A stretch of DNA of 64,000 bases from Heteronotia binoei (taxonomy: Eukaryota), in contig NC_083237.1 in assembly GCF_032191835.1 (NCBI RefSeq), forward strand, positions 66,836,001-66,900,000, written 5' to 3'. The notes under the pieces were generated by a model. It ran no database searches, was not told where the DNA came from, and was given only the letters and a program-made list of their open reading frames with translations. A program made the translations under genes and the position numbers. Numbering within the stretch: position 1 is the first letter of the stretch; each line of letters begins with the position of its first letter. This document shows, one piece after another, positions 12,420-24,501 of the stretch.

Positions 12420-12832
12420 ACAATGTTGCTGATAGCTGGGGGATTAGCCCAGCCATCAGCTACACAACAGCCCTGCAAAGCATGCATTTGCAATGTATTT
12501 TGCAAATGCATGCTTTGGATTGGCTGCTGGGGCTCCTCTCCCCCTCCCCCTCCCTCCCTGATCCCAGGGAGGCTATGGGAGAGGTGGGAAAAGGTTTCTA
12601 AAGATGGGAAAGGAGGCAAGCAGCTCCCCTGAGGCTGCAGAAGCTCCTTTTCCGTCTTTTCCATGGAGTTCCGTATACTTCCGAATATCGATTCAGAAGT
12701 ATACGGGGAGCCGTATATGGCTCCTGCATAATGACTGTAAATTTGATTTGGAAGTATACAGCGCTGTATACTTCCAAATCAGGGGTGATTCGGGGGTTTA
12801 TTCGGTTCGGCCGAACCGAATGCACACCCCTA
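12420..12832. mobile_element. Palindrome-rich hAT/Tip100-like MITE remnant
   Basis: Right terminus GAATGCACACCCCTA; several internal palindromes; left end not found. Confidence 0.5.
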
Positions 12833-13029
12833 GTTCTGAATAGACAAAAGACTGCTTAGCCGAGTCAGTTTCTTGACACACTTGAGCAGATTTTGCTTAC
12901 TTGTTGCCATGTTGCATCCTTGGGTGTAGAAAGGTGGCCACTGTCAGTTGCTTCTCAGGATTTTCAAGCTAAATTCTCCCAGTTGTTCTCAACCTAAACA
13001 CTGAGTAGGTTTGATCTTGTTGTTGTTAG

Positions 13030-13332
13030 GACAAAGAAAAGGCAGCGGAGTCGCAGCCGTAGTAGAGACCGGGTTCGAAAGTGCCACAGGAAGTCCTCTC
13101 ATTCTGAGATACAAGAACGGAATAAGGGTAAATCCAGGCACCACTCCCGAAGCAGAAGTCTGAGCAGAGATCGCAAGGAGCGGGAGAAGCCCACAGAGAA
13201 AGGTGGTGAGCGGTGGAGGGATAAACACGTGGACCGACCTCCTCCAGAGGAGCCTTCCATCGGTGACATCTATAACGGCAAAGTCACGAGCATCATGCAG
13301 TTCGGTTGTTTTGTCCAACTTGAAGGGCTCAG
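13030..13332 (+). CDS. DHX8: DHX8 exon 6 (303 nt; RS-like region and start of S1 domain, ...[34 protein letters not shown])
   Basis: gttag|G...AG|gtattc; open frame; S1 motif matches DHX8. Confidence 0.9.
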
Positions 13333-13873
13333 GTATTCAATGCCGGGTGAACCTCAGCAGAGGTTCACAGGGTTCCACTTGGCTCAGAGGCTGTACCTTT
13401 TATTATATGAGCTGTTGTTCAAAAGTTTGAAAGCAGGCTGTTGGGTTCCAGCAAAGCCAGAAAGGTTCAATGCAATTAACAGAATTCCTGTTTAAACCTT
13501 CCTTCCCCTTGTGCTTAAACCATGTTTAAGCCTGGGATCCTCTTCAGGTCCTGAAAGTGACCATGTTCCTATCCTTGTGGAGGGAGTCAGCAGACTTCTT
13601 GGTCAGCACCAGGCTGGAGTTCCTTTCATCAGATAGTCTAGTTTTTTGCTGAAGGAGAGTTCTCCTTCCCCTACAGTGATCCAGACTCTTTTCTGCCCAT
13701 TGAGAATAGTTTGGTAGGCTGTGGACAAGCCCAGTGTGCTTACGGAGGTCAGCTTGGAAGTGGGAAATCACAGCTTTGTTCTTTGCAAAAGGAACTGCCT
13801 CCAAGCGAACAGAGAGGAGTTCCCCCAAGGGCCTGGCTTCATCTCAGGCAAACAAATAGGAGGGCAGAAAAAA

Positions 13874-14045
13874 GTTGGAGCCCAGTGACACCTCTAAGAC
13901 CAACTAAGTTTTATTCAAGGTATAAGCTTTCATGTGCACACAGAAGCCTATACCTTGGATATAGCTTGGTTGGTTTTAAAGGTGCCACTGGACTCCCAAC
14001 TTTTTTTCTTTCACTTCAGATCAACACGGCAAGCCACCTGAATCT
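13874..14045. mobile_element. Penelope-like fold-back insertion (family 2)
   Basis: Imperfect inverted arms 13874-14000 centred on GTGCAC (13934-13939); 3' tail cttcagatcaacacggcaagccacctgaatct shared with the 63686-63795 element. Confidence 0.6.
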
Positions 14046-15676
14046 ATCTAAATAGAAGGGCAGTTCACAAGCAAGGAAATTCTCCAGTTTGAAGGTTCTG
14101 TTTTGTCAAATATTATTTTCCTTAAATTCTGAAGCAGGAAGAATTATTTTAACTCATGTATGGGGTATAAAATCATGTGGCTAATTTCCTAAAGGGACGG
14201 GCAACCCAGTCCAGAGAACTGCCGTGTAGCTGCGCTCGAGTGCAGAACTAGTGTCAGCAACCACAGTCAGCTCCCAAAGGGGAGACGTTACGCCACGTTT
14301 GGAGGGGGAAGAGCGGCCCGACGAGCGAGAGAGAACCCGTCGCCATGGTGATTCCGCCCAGGTGCACGCCATTGGCCCGCTGCCGAGGTGGGGAGTTGCC
14401 CAGAGAACATGCAGCAGATGCCAAGCAGGAGAGACAGCAGAGGGCACAGCTCAGACTTTATTTTTCTGAAACAGAGTGCAGCAGTCTCCCTGGTGCGCGC
14501 TGGGCAGTCTCGCCGTGGGCGGGGCTCCATTCAGAGTGGCGGGCAGAAACAGCTGAGGGAGTGAAGGGGGGGAGTGGAGCGAGCAGGGGCGGCGGCTGGA
14601 GGAGTAGGCTGCATTTCAGCTGGCCGCTCTCTTAAAGGGACAGTCTCTGACCTACCTCCCCGCATCGGGGCAGCTGCCACACACAAACACACACACAGCG
14701 GCAGAGGGCAAACCAAGGGAAAGCGGCAGAGGGCAAACCAAGGGAAAGGGGCAGGTGGCAGCACAGAGTAGCGGGGTCAGCAAATGCTCCCTGCTGGAGC
14801 CCACTGCCTGGTTCAAGTGCCAGAGACGCTCGCACACCGAGCGGTCGAGAGCGAGGGGAGGGGGAGGATGGGGAGGCACAGTGGAATTTACCCAACCATG
14901 GGCAACAGTCCTCGCATGCAGAGCCTCTGGGAGCCTGGAACCTGCGGAGACCTGTAAACAAGGGCAGGTCAAAGATACTATCAAAGCAACCGCGCAGTGC
15001 AAAACCCGTCACCAGTGTGCCTGCCTGTCCCTCGCTCTAAGTCTGTATGGCCGGGAGCTCGCCAGCAGAACTTCCTGCCATGTGAAGCTGACCCTAACAA
15101 CTGAGTTGTGCAGGCCAGAGCAGACATATTTCTAGGAGAGGGGATTGGGTGCTGGGGAGGGGGCTCGTTAGCCCGAGGCGAGAGGGGATTGGCGAGGCAA
15201 TCGCACCGGTCCCTACGGGTTTTGCGAGCTTCTAGAGAAGCAGAGGTGACCTTTTGTTTTTGGTTTCAACGAGTGCCTATGGGACACGCCGCTGTTTTTG
15301 CTGGCGTAACATTGTGCCTCTCGGGGGGGGGGAATCATGGGCCAAACTGTTCAGGAAGCCACCTAAGCCTGGCCGCGCCCCGAACTTTACCCCCTCCTCC
15401 GCCTGAGCGCCGCGCTCCGCCTCAATTCCGCTCACGTTTGGGTGCAGCCCTCAAGCGCCACTGCCCTTGGGCGGAGCGGCGCTCTGGCAGCCCCCCGTGC
15501 ACATAACTTCCCTCCACTGTGGCAACGCCGGTTGTACGTGGGTGCAAATCCTTCCTGCGCCCACATAGCGGATCGACTGCTCCCAAAAGACTTTCCGCCC
15601 CCCCCCCCCCTCTTTGGATTGTGCTCTAAATGAACACTTATTATTTTAGGAGATGCCTTGGCATCATGGCCTACTG

Positions 15677-16310
15677 CCATGGTGTCAAACTCATTTGTTA
15701 TGAGGGCCAGATCTGACATAAATGAGACATTGTCAAGCTGGGCCATGTGTGTCATAAAATGTAACGCTAGGTAGCGGAGATAGAAACTCTATAAAGGACA
15801 GACAAACACAATTAAAGTTTTTTTAAAAATTAAAAGATGCTTAAAAGATGAGCACTTTTGCAATATTTTGTTTATTTAACAGTCTCTGATAACTGATACC
15901 TCTTGCTCTGAATTATTGCATCAAAATCTGGAGACGGTGTCTCTGCTGTAGCAATCTTGAGTATGCTGTTCAGGTGTTGTTCGGGAGGGTGTAAATTGCA
16001 AACCTACTTTTGATTCATTGACATTCATTACAGCAATCTTATGGTCAATGCTTTGAGTCTAAGACCCAGGGGAAAACATGAAATGGCTGGGCATTGTGAG
16101 CTTTTGTACATAAGTTGCTTCATATGCAGGTCAGCCAATGGAGAAGATTGAAGCTTTGCTGTGTAGCTGTTGTGTGATTGAGCAAGCCGTGATGCAGAAA
16201 GAAGCAAGAGAGAGAGAGAAGGAGGCAAATGACTGTGAGGTGCTCACGGGTCTAATAAGAGCCCTCCGGGAGCCTGATCCAGCCCTCAGACTGCATGTTT
16301 GAGACCCCTG
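15677..16310. mobile_element. hAT (Charlie-like) non-autonomous element
   Basis: TIRs c(c)atGGTGTCAAAC / GTTTGAGACCCCTG; TSD GCCTACTG / GCCTATTG. Confidence 0.8.
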
Positions 16311-16624
16311 GCCTATTGGCTGTATTTGGCCAGACAACTGCCAAGTTGTACTGTTCTTGCAACAAAACCAGGCCCATAAGTATCCAGTGTTCAGCTCGGT
16401 GATCGCAAGTTGTATAGTTGTGTCCATGGCTGCAGTTTTAGCCCTAAGTGTGGGCGTGCTTGATCTGCAAATCTGCAGGTCCTGATATTAGATATAGAGA
16501 TTACTACTCCCAGTCATCTTGATCATCTTTTGGATGGTGGGAGTTGCTGCAGTTTAAAACACCCACTTGAGGTACGGCAGATGTTCACTGCCTTTTCTGC
16601 CCTCTTTTTCCATGGCTGTTTTAG

Positions 16625-16769
16625 GAAGCGCTGGGAAGGGCTTGTCCACATCTCAGAGCTGCGCCGTGAGGGGCGTGTGGCCAACGTGGCTGATGTGGTC
16701 AGCAAAGGCCAGAGGGTGAAGGTCAAAGTGCTCTCGTTCACTGGCTCCAAAACCAGCCTCAGCATGAAG
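16625..16769 (+). CDS. DHX8: DHX8 exon 7 (145 nt; S1 domain [25 protein letters not shown]...)
   Basis: ttttag|G...AAG|gtaaga. Confidence 0.96.
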
Positions 16770-17234
16770 GTAAGATCCAAGCAATCTCTTCTGTTATGTT
16801 TCTCTCGCCCTCTCTCCTCTTGGGGCAAAATGACATGGGTCTCCCAGTTACCAAGAAGAACCTCCTTCCCGCTCTCCTCTTGTTTGATCCTAAAATGCTT
16901 TTGCTCAGGCAGATTGGCAACAATACAGCATATATCTCACTAGCATACAATAATATATGAAGATATATGCAGAGGCCTCGGCAGCCCTTACTCTGTAGTT
17001 AGTTTAAGTCAAGGGTTATTTGGGGCTCTTCCCTCTAACTCTGTCAAATGGAATTGAGGGACTGAGAGATTTGAAGTGGCTTCACCGTCCTGCTGCACTT
17101 CCTACTTGGGCAAGTGCTGCTTGCCGTAGGTGACTGATCCATGTGGAACTTGAGCTAATCTACCGTAGTTTCCTTTTTGCGAAATCCACATTTTATCTGT
17201 GGGAGATGCCAGATTTGTGACTGATTTGCTCTAG

Positions 17235-17438
17235 GATGTGGATCAAGACACGGGGGAAGACTTGAACCCCAACAGACGCCGGAACCTGGTAGGAGAAGCC
17301 AATGAGGAGACGGCCATGAGGAACCCAGACCGGCCGACTCATCTGTCCTTGGTCAGTGCCCCTGAGGTGGAAGACGATGCACTGGAACGGAAGCGCCTCA
17401 CCCGTATTTCAGACCCAGAGAAGTGGGAAATCAAGCAG
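17235..17438 (+). CDS. DHX8: DHX8 exon 8 (204 nt; [16 protein letters not shown]...KWEIKQ)
   Basis: ctag|GAT...CAG|gtaact. Confidence 0.96.
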
Positions 17439-18444
17439 GTAACTTTTTGTTTTTACTGGTGACTCGTTATTGATAGTCTCTTGCAGGGCTTTTTTTGTAG
17501 AAAAAGCCCAGCAGGAACTCATTTGCATATTAGGCCACACACCCCTGATGCTAAGTCAGCCGGAACTGTGTTCCTGTGCATTCCTGTTAAGAAAAAAGCC
17601 CTGGTCTCTTGCCAGCCGTGGCTGCGGATGAAAGCCCCTCCTGCTGTTTGGCATCCTGGCTGCCTTCAAGGCCTTGGCTTTGCCCTCAGCAAATGCAGGA
17701 GATCCTGCGAGTCTCTCAGCTTGCCAGGTATGAGCTGGCAGGAGACCACAGCCAAACTGCATCTCTTCTAGCAGCTAAGCCTCCCACCAGCCAAGGAGAG
17801 GCTTCCTCTGGGATCCTCTTGGGTCGCCCACTTCCCTGCAGATCTGGCAGCTGCTCTGGTGTGACCAGGCTTCAGATGTTCATTTGTTGGGGGGGAAGGG
17901 GCACTAAGTTAATGCTTTATGCCTTGATTTCCCCCTCCTCTGCCTTTCTGAAGGCAGTGAATTGCTTAGGGCTTGCACTGCTCAGTTGGGCCCTCCTTCG
18001 TTTGGGAAGAGCTGGCAAACATGAGGTTGTTGTGACATCCAGGGTCTGATTTAGGGCCTCCTAAAAAGCAGATTCAGGTGGCGTTTTCCTTGCAGCAGCA
18101 TTAAGGGTCAGTCACAAAAGTAGAGGTGAGCATGAGGGTCGGGGGCGGGGCGGGGGCTGGGCTGTGGACTGACTTCCTACTGCCTGTCTTCTTGAATTTC
18201 CTTTTCCCCTTTCTGTGGGGTAGCAGATGTGTAAAGAATGGTCTAATTGGCACCCAATCTAGGGATCTGAATTGCATTCAACTCTGGGAATGTTTGCTTC
18301 ATTAGCTGAACACAGCTGCAAACCACTCATTAGGCTCTGAGGGAGATACGACTCTTGCAGCACAAGGAAATACAGGTCTGAGGCCAGATCTCTTGCCGGA
18401 ACAACACACAGAGAACTTACTTGAGTGAATGGTTTTATTTAAAG

Positions 18445-19393
18445 CAGGGGTGGGGAACGTCCCTCCCAAGGGCCGTTTACAGCCCTCGAGACCACTTCGT
18501 CTGGCCCTCAGGGATTGCTAGGCCGAGCCAAGCCACATGGAGGCCTCCCTGGGACCTGGCTGGCTGGTGAGGATTGTGAGGCACAGCCGCACTGTGCAGT
18601 TGCCTCCTTGGGGGCCGGCTGGCCAGCAGGGATCATGGGGCCCAGCCACACAGCGGCCTCCCTGGGGCCTGGATCGCTGTGGGGCCTGGAAAAGTCACTG
18701 TCACAGTTCAGGTAAATTTCCCCTTCATTTCTTTATTTCCCTTTCTTTTTATTTCTTCTCTTCATTTCTTTGTTTTCCTTAAATCCCCTTTCTTTATTTT
18801 CCTTTATTACTCTTTCTTCCCCCATTTCTTTATTTCCCTTTATTCCTCTTTCTTCTCCCCATTTCTTTATTTTTCTTTATTACCCTTTCTTCCCCCCATT
18901 TCTTTATTTCTATTTCTTTCAATTTCTTCTCCACTTTTCTTTATTTCCCTTTATTACCCCATTTCTTTATTTCTCTTTATTCTCCTTTCTTCCCCACTTT
19001 CTTTATTTTCCTTTATTACCCAGCTACCAGCATTTCAATTTGCACTTGGTTATCCCAGATGGTGTGACCTAATAGGCTAATGAGTGTGTGACCTAATATG
19101 CTAATATTGAGGGGTATGGTCTAAAATGCTAATGGGTTCCTGCTGGGCTTTTTCTACCAAAAAAAGCCCTGGACCTAGGCATTTGCCTAGGGCGGTGGGC
19201 CAGGGTGTGTGTGCGCCAAATTAGGCTCGCCCCACATGACTTCAAATAGAAAAACATTTGCATTAATTTTGCCAGCCTAAATCATTCTCCCTTGACGGAG
19301 CGCTGTTTTTTAAGCTGATAATTTTGTATGGCCCACGAATGATATTATAAGTATCCAAATGGCCCTTGGCAGAAAAAAGGTTCCCCATCCTTG
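18445..19393. mobile_element. hAT (Charlie-like) non-autonomous element with internal polypyrimidine repeat
   Basis: TIRs CAGGGGTGGGGAAC / GTTCCCCATCCTTG; perfect TSD ATTTAAAG at 18437-18444 and 19394-19401. Confidence 0.88.
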
Positions 19394-20579
19394 ATTTAAA
19401 GTAGAACATAACTTTGTTAGGCAAGAACAGTTGCTAATTAATTTTACCAATACAGAAAAAATGCAAGCAACGGAAACCAAATCTCCTAACCTAGCTAAAT
19501 ACACAAGACTACATTTTCTCTTAAGATTAAGATGAATCAGGTTTGGTAGAATTGTCTGTACAAGCTGGAAGTCCTGCACACAAATATGCTCACCAAAGAC
19601 AAGCTCTTCTCTGGAGCTTGACGAGACCTTCACCAGATACTTTTTATAGAGAAGGAGTCAGAAGCATAATTTTTCTAATTTTAACACACGATGATCCTCT
19701 AAGTAAAACAATTGGTCCCCATGGGGATTATGAAGACAAATAATAATTAGTACTTACATATAATTAGTACATAATAGTTAGTACAGTAAAAAGCAATAAA
19801 TCTACTGTTTCTCCAGCTACCTTAAGGAATTGTCAGATTGAGAGGTCAGGTGTGTACCTTTCCTGACCAGCCGCTGAACCTTACGGGGGTTATAAAGCTA
19901 CACAGGAATGCATGCATTAAAATGAATACCTATGATTAGAATACATGACACTGGGACAGTATACTGAGTTGGGTGGAGATTCCTCCCTCCCCCGTCTGTA
20001 TGTCCTTGGCCCAGGGGCCTAAAAGAGAGGCTAAGTGCCTACGTTGGAATTAGGAAGGAATTCCCCCCCAAATCAACATTGGCCACTTTGAAGTTTTTTG
20101 ATCTTCCCCAACAACAAGTGGCCCAAGCTGGAGATATTTTCTCGACTGGATCCTGTTCTCTCTTCGTGGCCCACTCTGACTGGAATTGCATTAGGTTGGT
20201 CAAAAAATGCAAGAGCCTCACTGACCAGCTGTCTTCTCATTTCCCATGGCTGAGGCTTCTGAGAAGCCCGTTGCCTCTAGGCATGGTGGTGTCTAAAGGT
20301 CTCACAGCTGATTGCCAGGGGTACACCTGTTCTCCAGGAAAGGGTCCACTGCCCTTTTGTAAAGCCATCCGACCAGCTGCAGAGCTGAGTGGCGGATGGA
20401 GGATCCCGTTTGCTACTGCTTTGCTGGCCGTGAGGCCCCTCCCAGTTCCTTGGTTCTGTACGGTGCTCGTTGAGCCTCTGGTGTGCAAAGAGGGTGCTGG
20501 TCAAGACATTCTTTGTTTATTTGCTTTTATAATCTGCTGGTCTCACTAATAATAGTTACCAAAATTGGTTATTATTTAT

Positions 20580-21418
20580 TGTATGGCAGAATTACACACA
20601 GGCACCCAAATCGGTATACACACACGTTAGAGCCATAATGTGCAAAGGCTTGCATGGAACAAACACATATTTGGGGTCAGTAGCCTGCGCATTACCAAGA
20701 CCCAGATTCAGATCAACACTTGGGAAAACGAGGAGGGTTTTATTTTACCAACAAGGAAAAGAGACCAAATTAATTAGTATGGTAAGGCGCAACAGTCGTG
20801 GCAATTAAATGTAATACACTCTCTCTTGGTTTGACTTCGCGAACAAAGATTTAAGAAGGGTGCAGTAGTCCACGTCTGCTGCAGGCTCGCTGGTGGCTGA
20901 CAAGACCAATGCGGGACAGGCAGATCCGGCCACAGTGGCTGCAGGGAAAAGTCTGATTTGGGGTTGGTGCTGTAGCAGTGCGATTCTTCCTCAATCTCCT
21001 ATTTAGTGTAATACACTAAATAAAACCCAAAAGCCTTTCCCAAGGAATAACTACCTACTTATAGGGGAAATATATCTATGAAAAGATAAAAAGGCATACG
21101 AGCCCAATTGATAGAGGAGCTGCATTCCTTTTCTCCTTTTGATGTAAGTTTAATTCAGACTGCTGTCATTTCTAGGGGGGTTCCCACTGTAAAGGAATGA
21201 GGGGGTCTTGTGGGCATTAGAATCAAAGACAGATTACAAAATATTATAAAAATGCAGTCAAACAGAATAAGGCAACCAATGAACAAAGCAATGCAACTAG
21301 GATTACAGAATAAGGCAACGGTGGAAACAATCTGAGCAAAGAAATAAACAATATAGAAAATAGTTTACAAGACAGTACAATACTTACAATAATCATTGCA
21401 GTGGACTAATCCATTACA
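20580..21418 (-). mobile_element. Probable solo LTR
   Basis: Minus strand begins TGTAATGG and ends CCATACA; TATAAG-like box and AATAAA followed by U5-like sequence; TSD not seen. Confidence 0.55.
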
Positions 21419-21452
21419 AAGGTGCCCTCATGGACTGTTCATTCTACTACAG

Positions 21453-21757
21453 AAAGCCAATTTGGTGAAGTGGTTAAGTGCGCGGAATCTAGGAGAGCCG
21501 GGTTTGATTCCCCACTCCTCCACTTGCACTTGCTGAGATGGCTTGGGTCAGCCATAGCGTTCATTCATTCACATAGCTTTCACAGAAGCTGTCCTTGAAA
21601 GGGCAGCTGCTGTAAAGGCACTCTCAGCCCCACCTACGTCACAGGGTGTTTGTTGTGGGGGAGGGGAAGGTAGAGAAGATTGTGACTGCTCTGAGATTCA
21701 GAGTATAGGGTGGGATATAAATCCAAAATCTTCTTCTATAAATCCAAATCTTCTTCT
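21453..21757 (+). mobile_element. Squam3-like (Ther1/MIR-related) SINE
   Basis: tRNA-like head, core ctctcagccccacctac..cacagggtg, tail GGGATATAAATCCAA...(CTT)n, duplicated. Confidence 0.75.
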
Positions 21758-21904
21758 ACTGCAGTTTTAACCCCTTTTTCAAAATGCCCTCTGTTGTATA
21801 TGTGGTCCCACTATATTATACCTTCGCAACTGAAGTCTGTTCAAAATGAGGCACCCACACTTGTGGACGAGTATTAGCTCGGGGCTTCCATTTTTCCTTT
21901 CCAG

Positions 21905-21992
21905 ATGATTGCTGCCAATGTGCTCTCCAAGGAGGAGTTCCCTGACTTTGACGAGGAAACAGGGATCCTGCCAAAGGTTGATGACGAGGAAG
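21905..21992 (+). CDS. DHX8: DHX8 exon 9 (88 nt; [29 protein letters not shown])
   Basis: ttccag|ATG...G|gtaaga. Confidence 0.96.
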
Positions 21993-22251
21993 GTAAGAGA
22001 TGTTTGGGTTCTGTGATGTTTCAGACTTCTTGCACTACAGTGCTGCTTGGTCAGGAGTTTGTTACTGACAACACACTCACAGCTGAGGCCCTTCTGAGAA
22101 GCTGCCCAACAAGTCCGGTCATTGAAGAGCCCCACTCTTTCCTGCACTGCCTAAAACAAACAGCTGCAGCGGGCTAATGAAGGGGGACTTTCTCACACGT
22201 GGTACTTCTGTCTTTTTTCTTCCAGCTGTTCTGAGATGAGAACTGGGAATC

Positions 22252-24200
22252 ATAGAATCATGGAAGGGACCTCCAGGGTCATCTAGTTCAACCTGCTGCA
22301 CAATGCAGGAACTAGACAAATACCGTCCCCTTCTTGTCCTCCTTCTCATGGTCTGCCTAATTCACAGAATCAGCATTGCTGTCAGATAGCCATCTAGCCT
22401 TTGTTTAAAAACCTCCAAGGGGAGAGCCCACCACCTCCCAAGGAGGAAGCCTGTTCCACTGAGGAACTGCTTTAACTGTGGGAAAAATTCTTCCTAATGT
22501 TTAGTCAAAAATAATTTTATTTAATTTGAACACACTGGTTCTGGACTGACCTGGGGCATCAGGAAACAACTCTACGCCATCTTCTATATGACACCCCTTC
22601 CAAGTACTGGAAGATGGTGATCATATCACCTCTCGGTTATCCCCTCCCAATTTAGCATCATCTGCAAATCTAATAAGCATTCCCTCTGTTCCTTCATCCA
22701 TTTTATAAATATGTTGAACAAAAAAAGCCCCAGAATAGATGCTAGAGGCACTCCATTTGTCCCTCCTCTCCAAGAGGATGAGGAAACATTCACAAGCACA
22801 CTTCAGGTATGATCTGTCAACCAATTACAGATCCACCTAACGGTAACAGCATCCAAACCACATTTTACCAACTTGCTAACAAGAATAGTATGAGGAATCT
22901 TATCAAAAGCCTTACTGAAATCAAAATAGCTTATGTCTACAGCATTCCCCTGATCCAGCAAGGCACTTACTTTCTCAGGAAAGGAGACCAGGTTAATCTG
23001 ACATGACTTGTTCTTGAGAAACCCATGCTGGCTCTTAGTAATCACAGCCATCTTTGCTAAATGCTCAAGGACTGACTGTTTGATTATTTGTTCTAAAACT
23101 TTTCCAGGTATTGACGTCAAGCTTGATGGGTTGATAGTTACCCAAATCCTTCTTTTTCCCCTTGATGCGGACATTTGCCTGCCTCCAGTCTTCCGGCACC
23201 TCTGCTGTTCTCCAAGAATGCTCAAAAATAATGGCCAGAGACTCAGAAATTATGTCTGCAAGTTCTTTTAGTAGCCTTGGATATAGTTAATCTGACCCTG
23301 AGGATTTAGTTTCAAGAACTAGGTGTTTGTGTACTACTCCTATGCTGATCCTAGGCTGCAACTCCCTTCCCTCATCACGGGTTCTGTTTTTGCCATGTTG
23401 AGCACCTTTTCCCTCCCAAGCGAAGACTGAGGGAAAGTAGGAATTGAGCAATTCTTCCCTTTTGCCATCGCCTGTTACAATTTCACTTTCCTATCCCTGC
23501 AATGGGCCTACCACTCCTTGCTCTTTTTCTTACTTTGAACATAAGAAAGGGACTCTTCTTTGCTGTTTTTGGCACCTTTTGCTAGCCTAAGTTCCTTCAG
23601 TATTTCTGGCCACGAGATGCCACTCAGCATAAATTTTAAGTTTGTCAGAATTTGCTTTCCTGAAGTCCAACTTATACATCTGACTGTGTACAGCTTTCCC
23701 CTTTACCGAGACTGTAAATTCCAAAATTATATGGTTACTACTGCCCAGGGTGCCCACTACTTTCACCTTGCCAACCAGTTCTTCCCTGTTGTTGAGAATC
23801 AAGTCCAAGATAGCAGATCCCCTTGTTTCTCTTTCCACTTTCTAGAAAAGGAAGCTGTCAGCGAGACAAGTGAGGAATTTATTTGACATTTTGTTTTTAG
23901 CAGAGTTGAACTTCCAACAGATATCCGAGTAACTGAAGTCTCCCATGACCACCGTGTCCCTTCTCTTTGAGAACTTTGTAATCTGTTCTAGGAGTCCTTA
24001 ACCTTAACCGAGTCCTCTGCCTGGCCTGGTGGTCTACAGCGAACCCCCACCATAATATCACCATTGTTTCTTACTCCTTTTACCCAGAGACTCTCAACTG
24101 AACTTCTGTGCTCAGATTCATGTATTTCCTCGCACATATATACCTCCTTCACATATAATGTGACTCCACCCTTATTTGTCTGTCCATTTTAAATAAGTTG
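22252..24200 (-). mobile_element. CR1 LINE, internally deleted (EN remnant, RT, 3' end)
   Basis: ILDLILNN (EN); QHGFLKNKSCQINL..FDFSKAFD (RT); 3' end ...ATTCTATG. Confidence 0.88.
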
Positions 24201-24403
24201 TCTCCCTCGGTCTTAATATTCGGATGGTATAGAAAGGTGGGTAGAAGGGGGAGGCTTGGCAGAAGGGCAAGGGCGGTGGGCCAGCTTTGCCTAGAGGCTG
24301 CTCGAGGCCAACTCCTGGTGTGCTCGGTGTAGGAAGAGGTTTGTGGAAGGAGCTCTGACTAAATTATGACATGTCTGTAACTGAGCTTGGTTCCCTTTTC
24401 TAG

Positions 24404-24501
24404 ATGAGGACCTCGAAATTGAACTTGTAGAGGAGGAGCCACCATTCTTACGAGGGCACACGAAGCAGAGCATGGACATGAGCCCCATCAAGATTGTGAA
24501 G
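24404..24501 (+). CDS. DHX8: DHX8 exon 10 (98 nt; [32 protein letters not shown])
   Basis: ttctag|AT...AAG|gtgagg. Confidence 0.96.

Noticed and set aside
18679-19080. Phe/Leu/Ser-rich membrane-protein-like ORFs
   Set aside because: Translation of a low-complexity C/T tract inside a hAT element
19415-20043. Possible solo LTRs (also 43034-43577)
   Set aside because: TG...CA-like ends and TATA/poly(A)-like motifs, but termini are degenerate and there is no TSD; cannot be supported without a database
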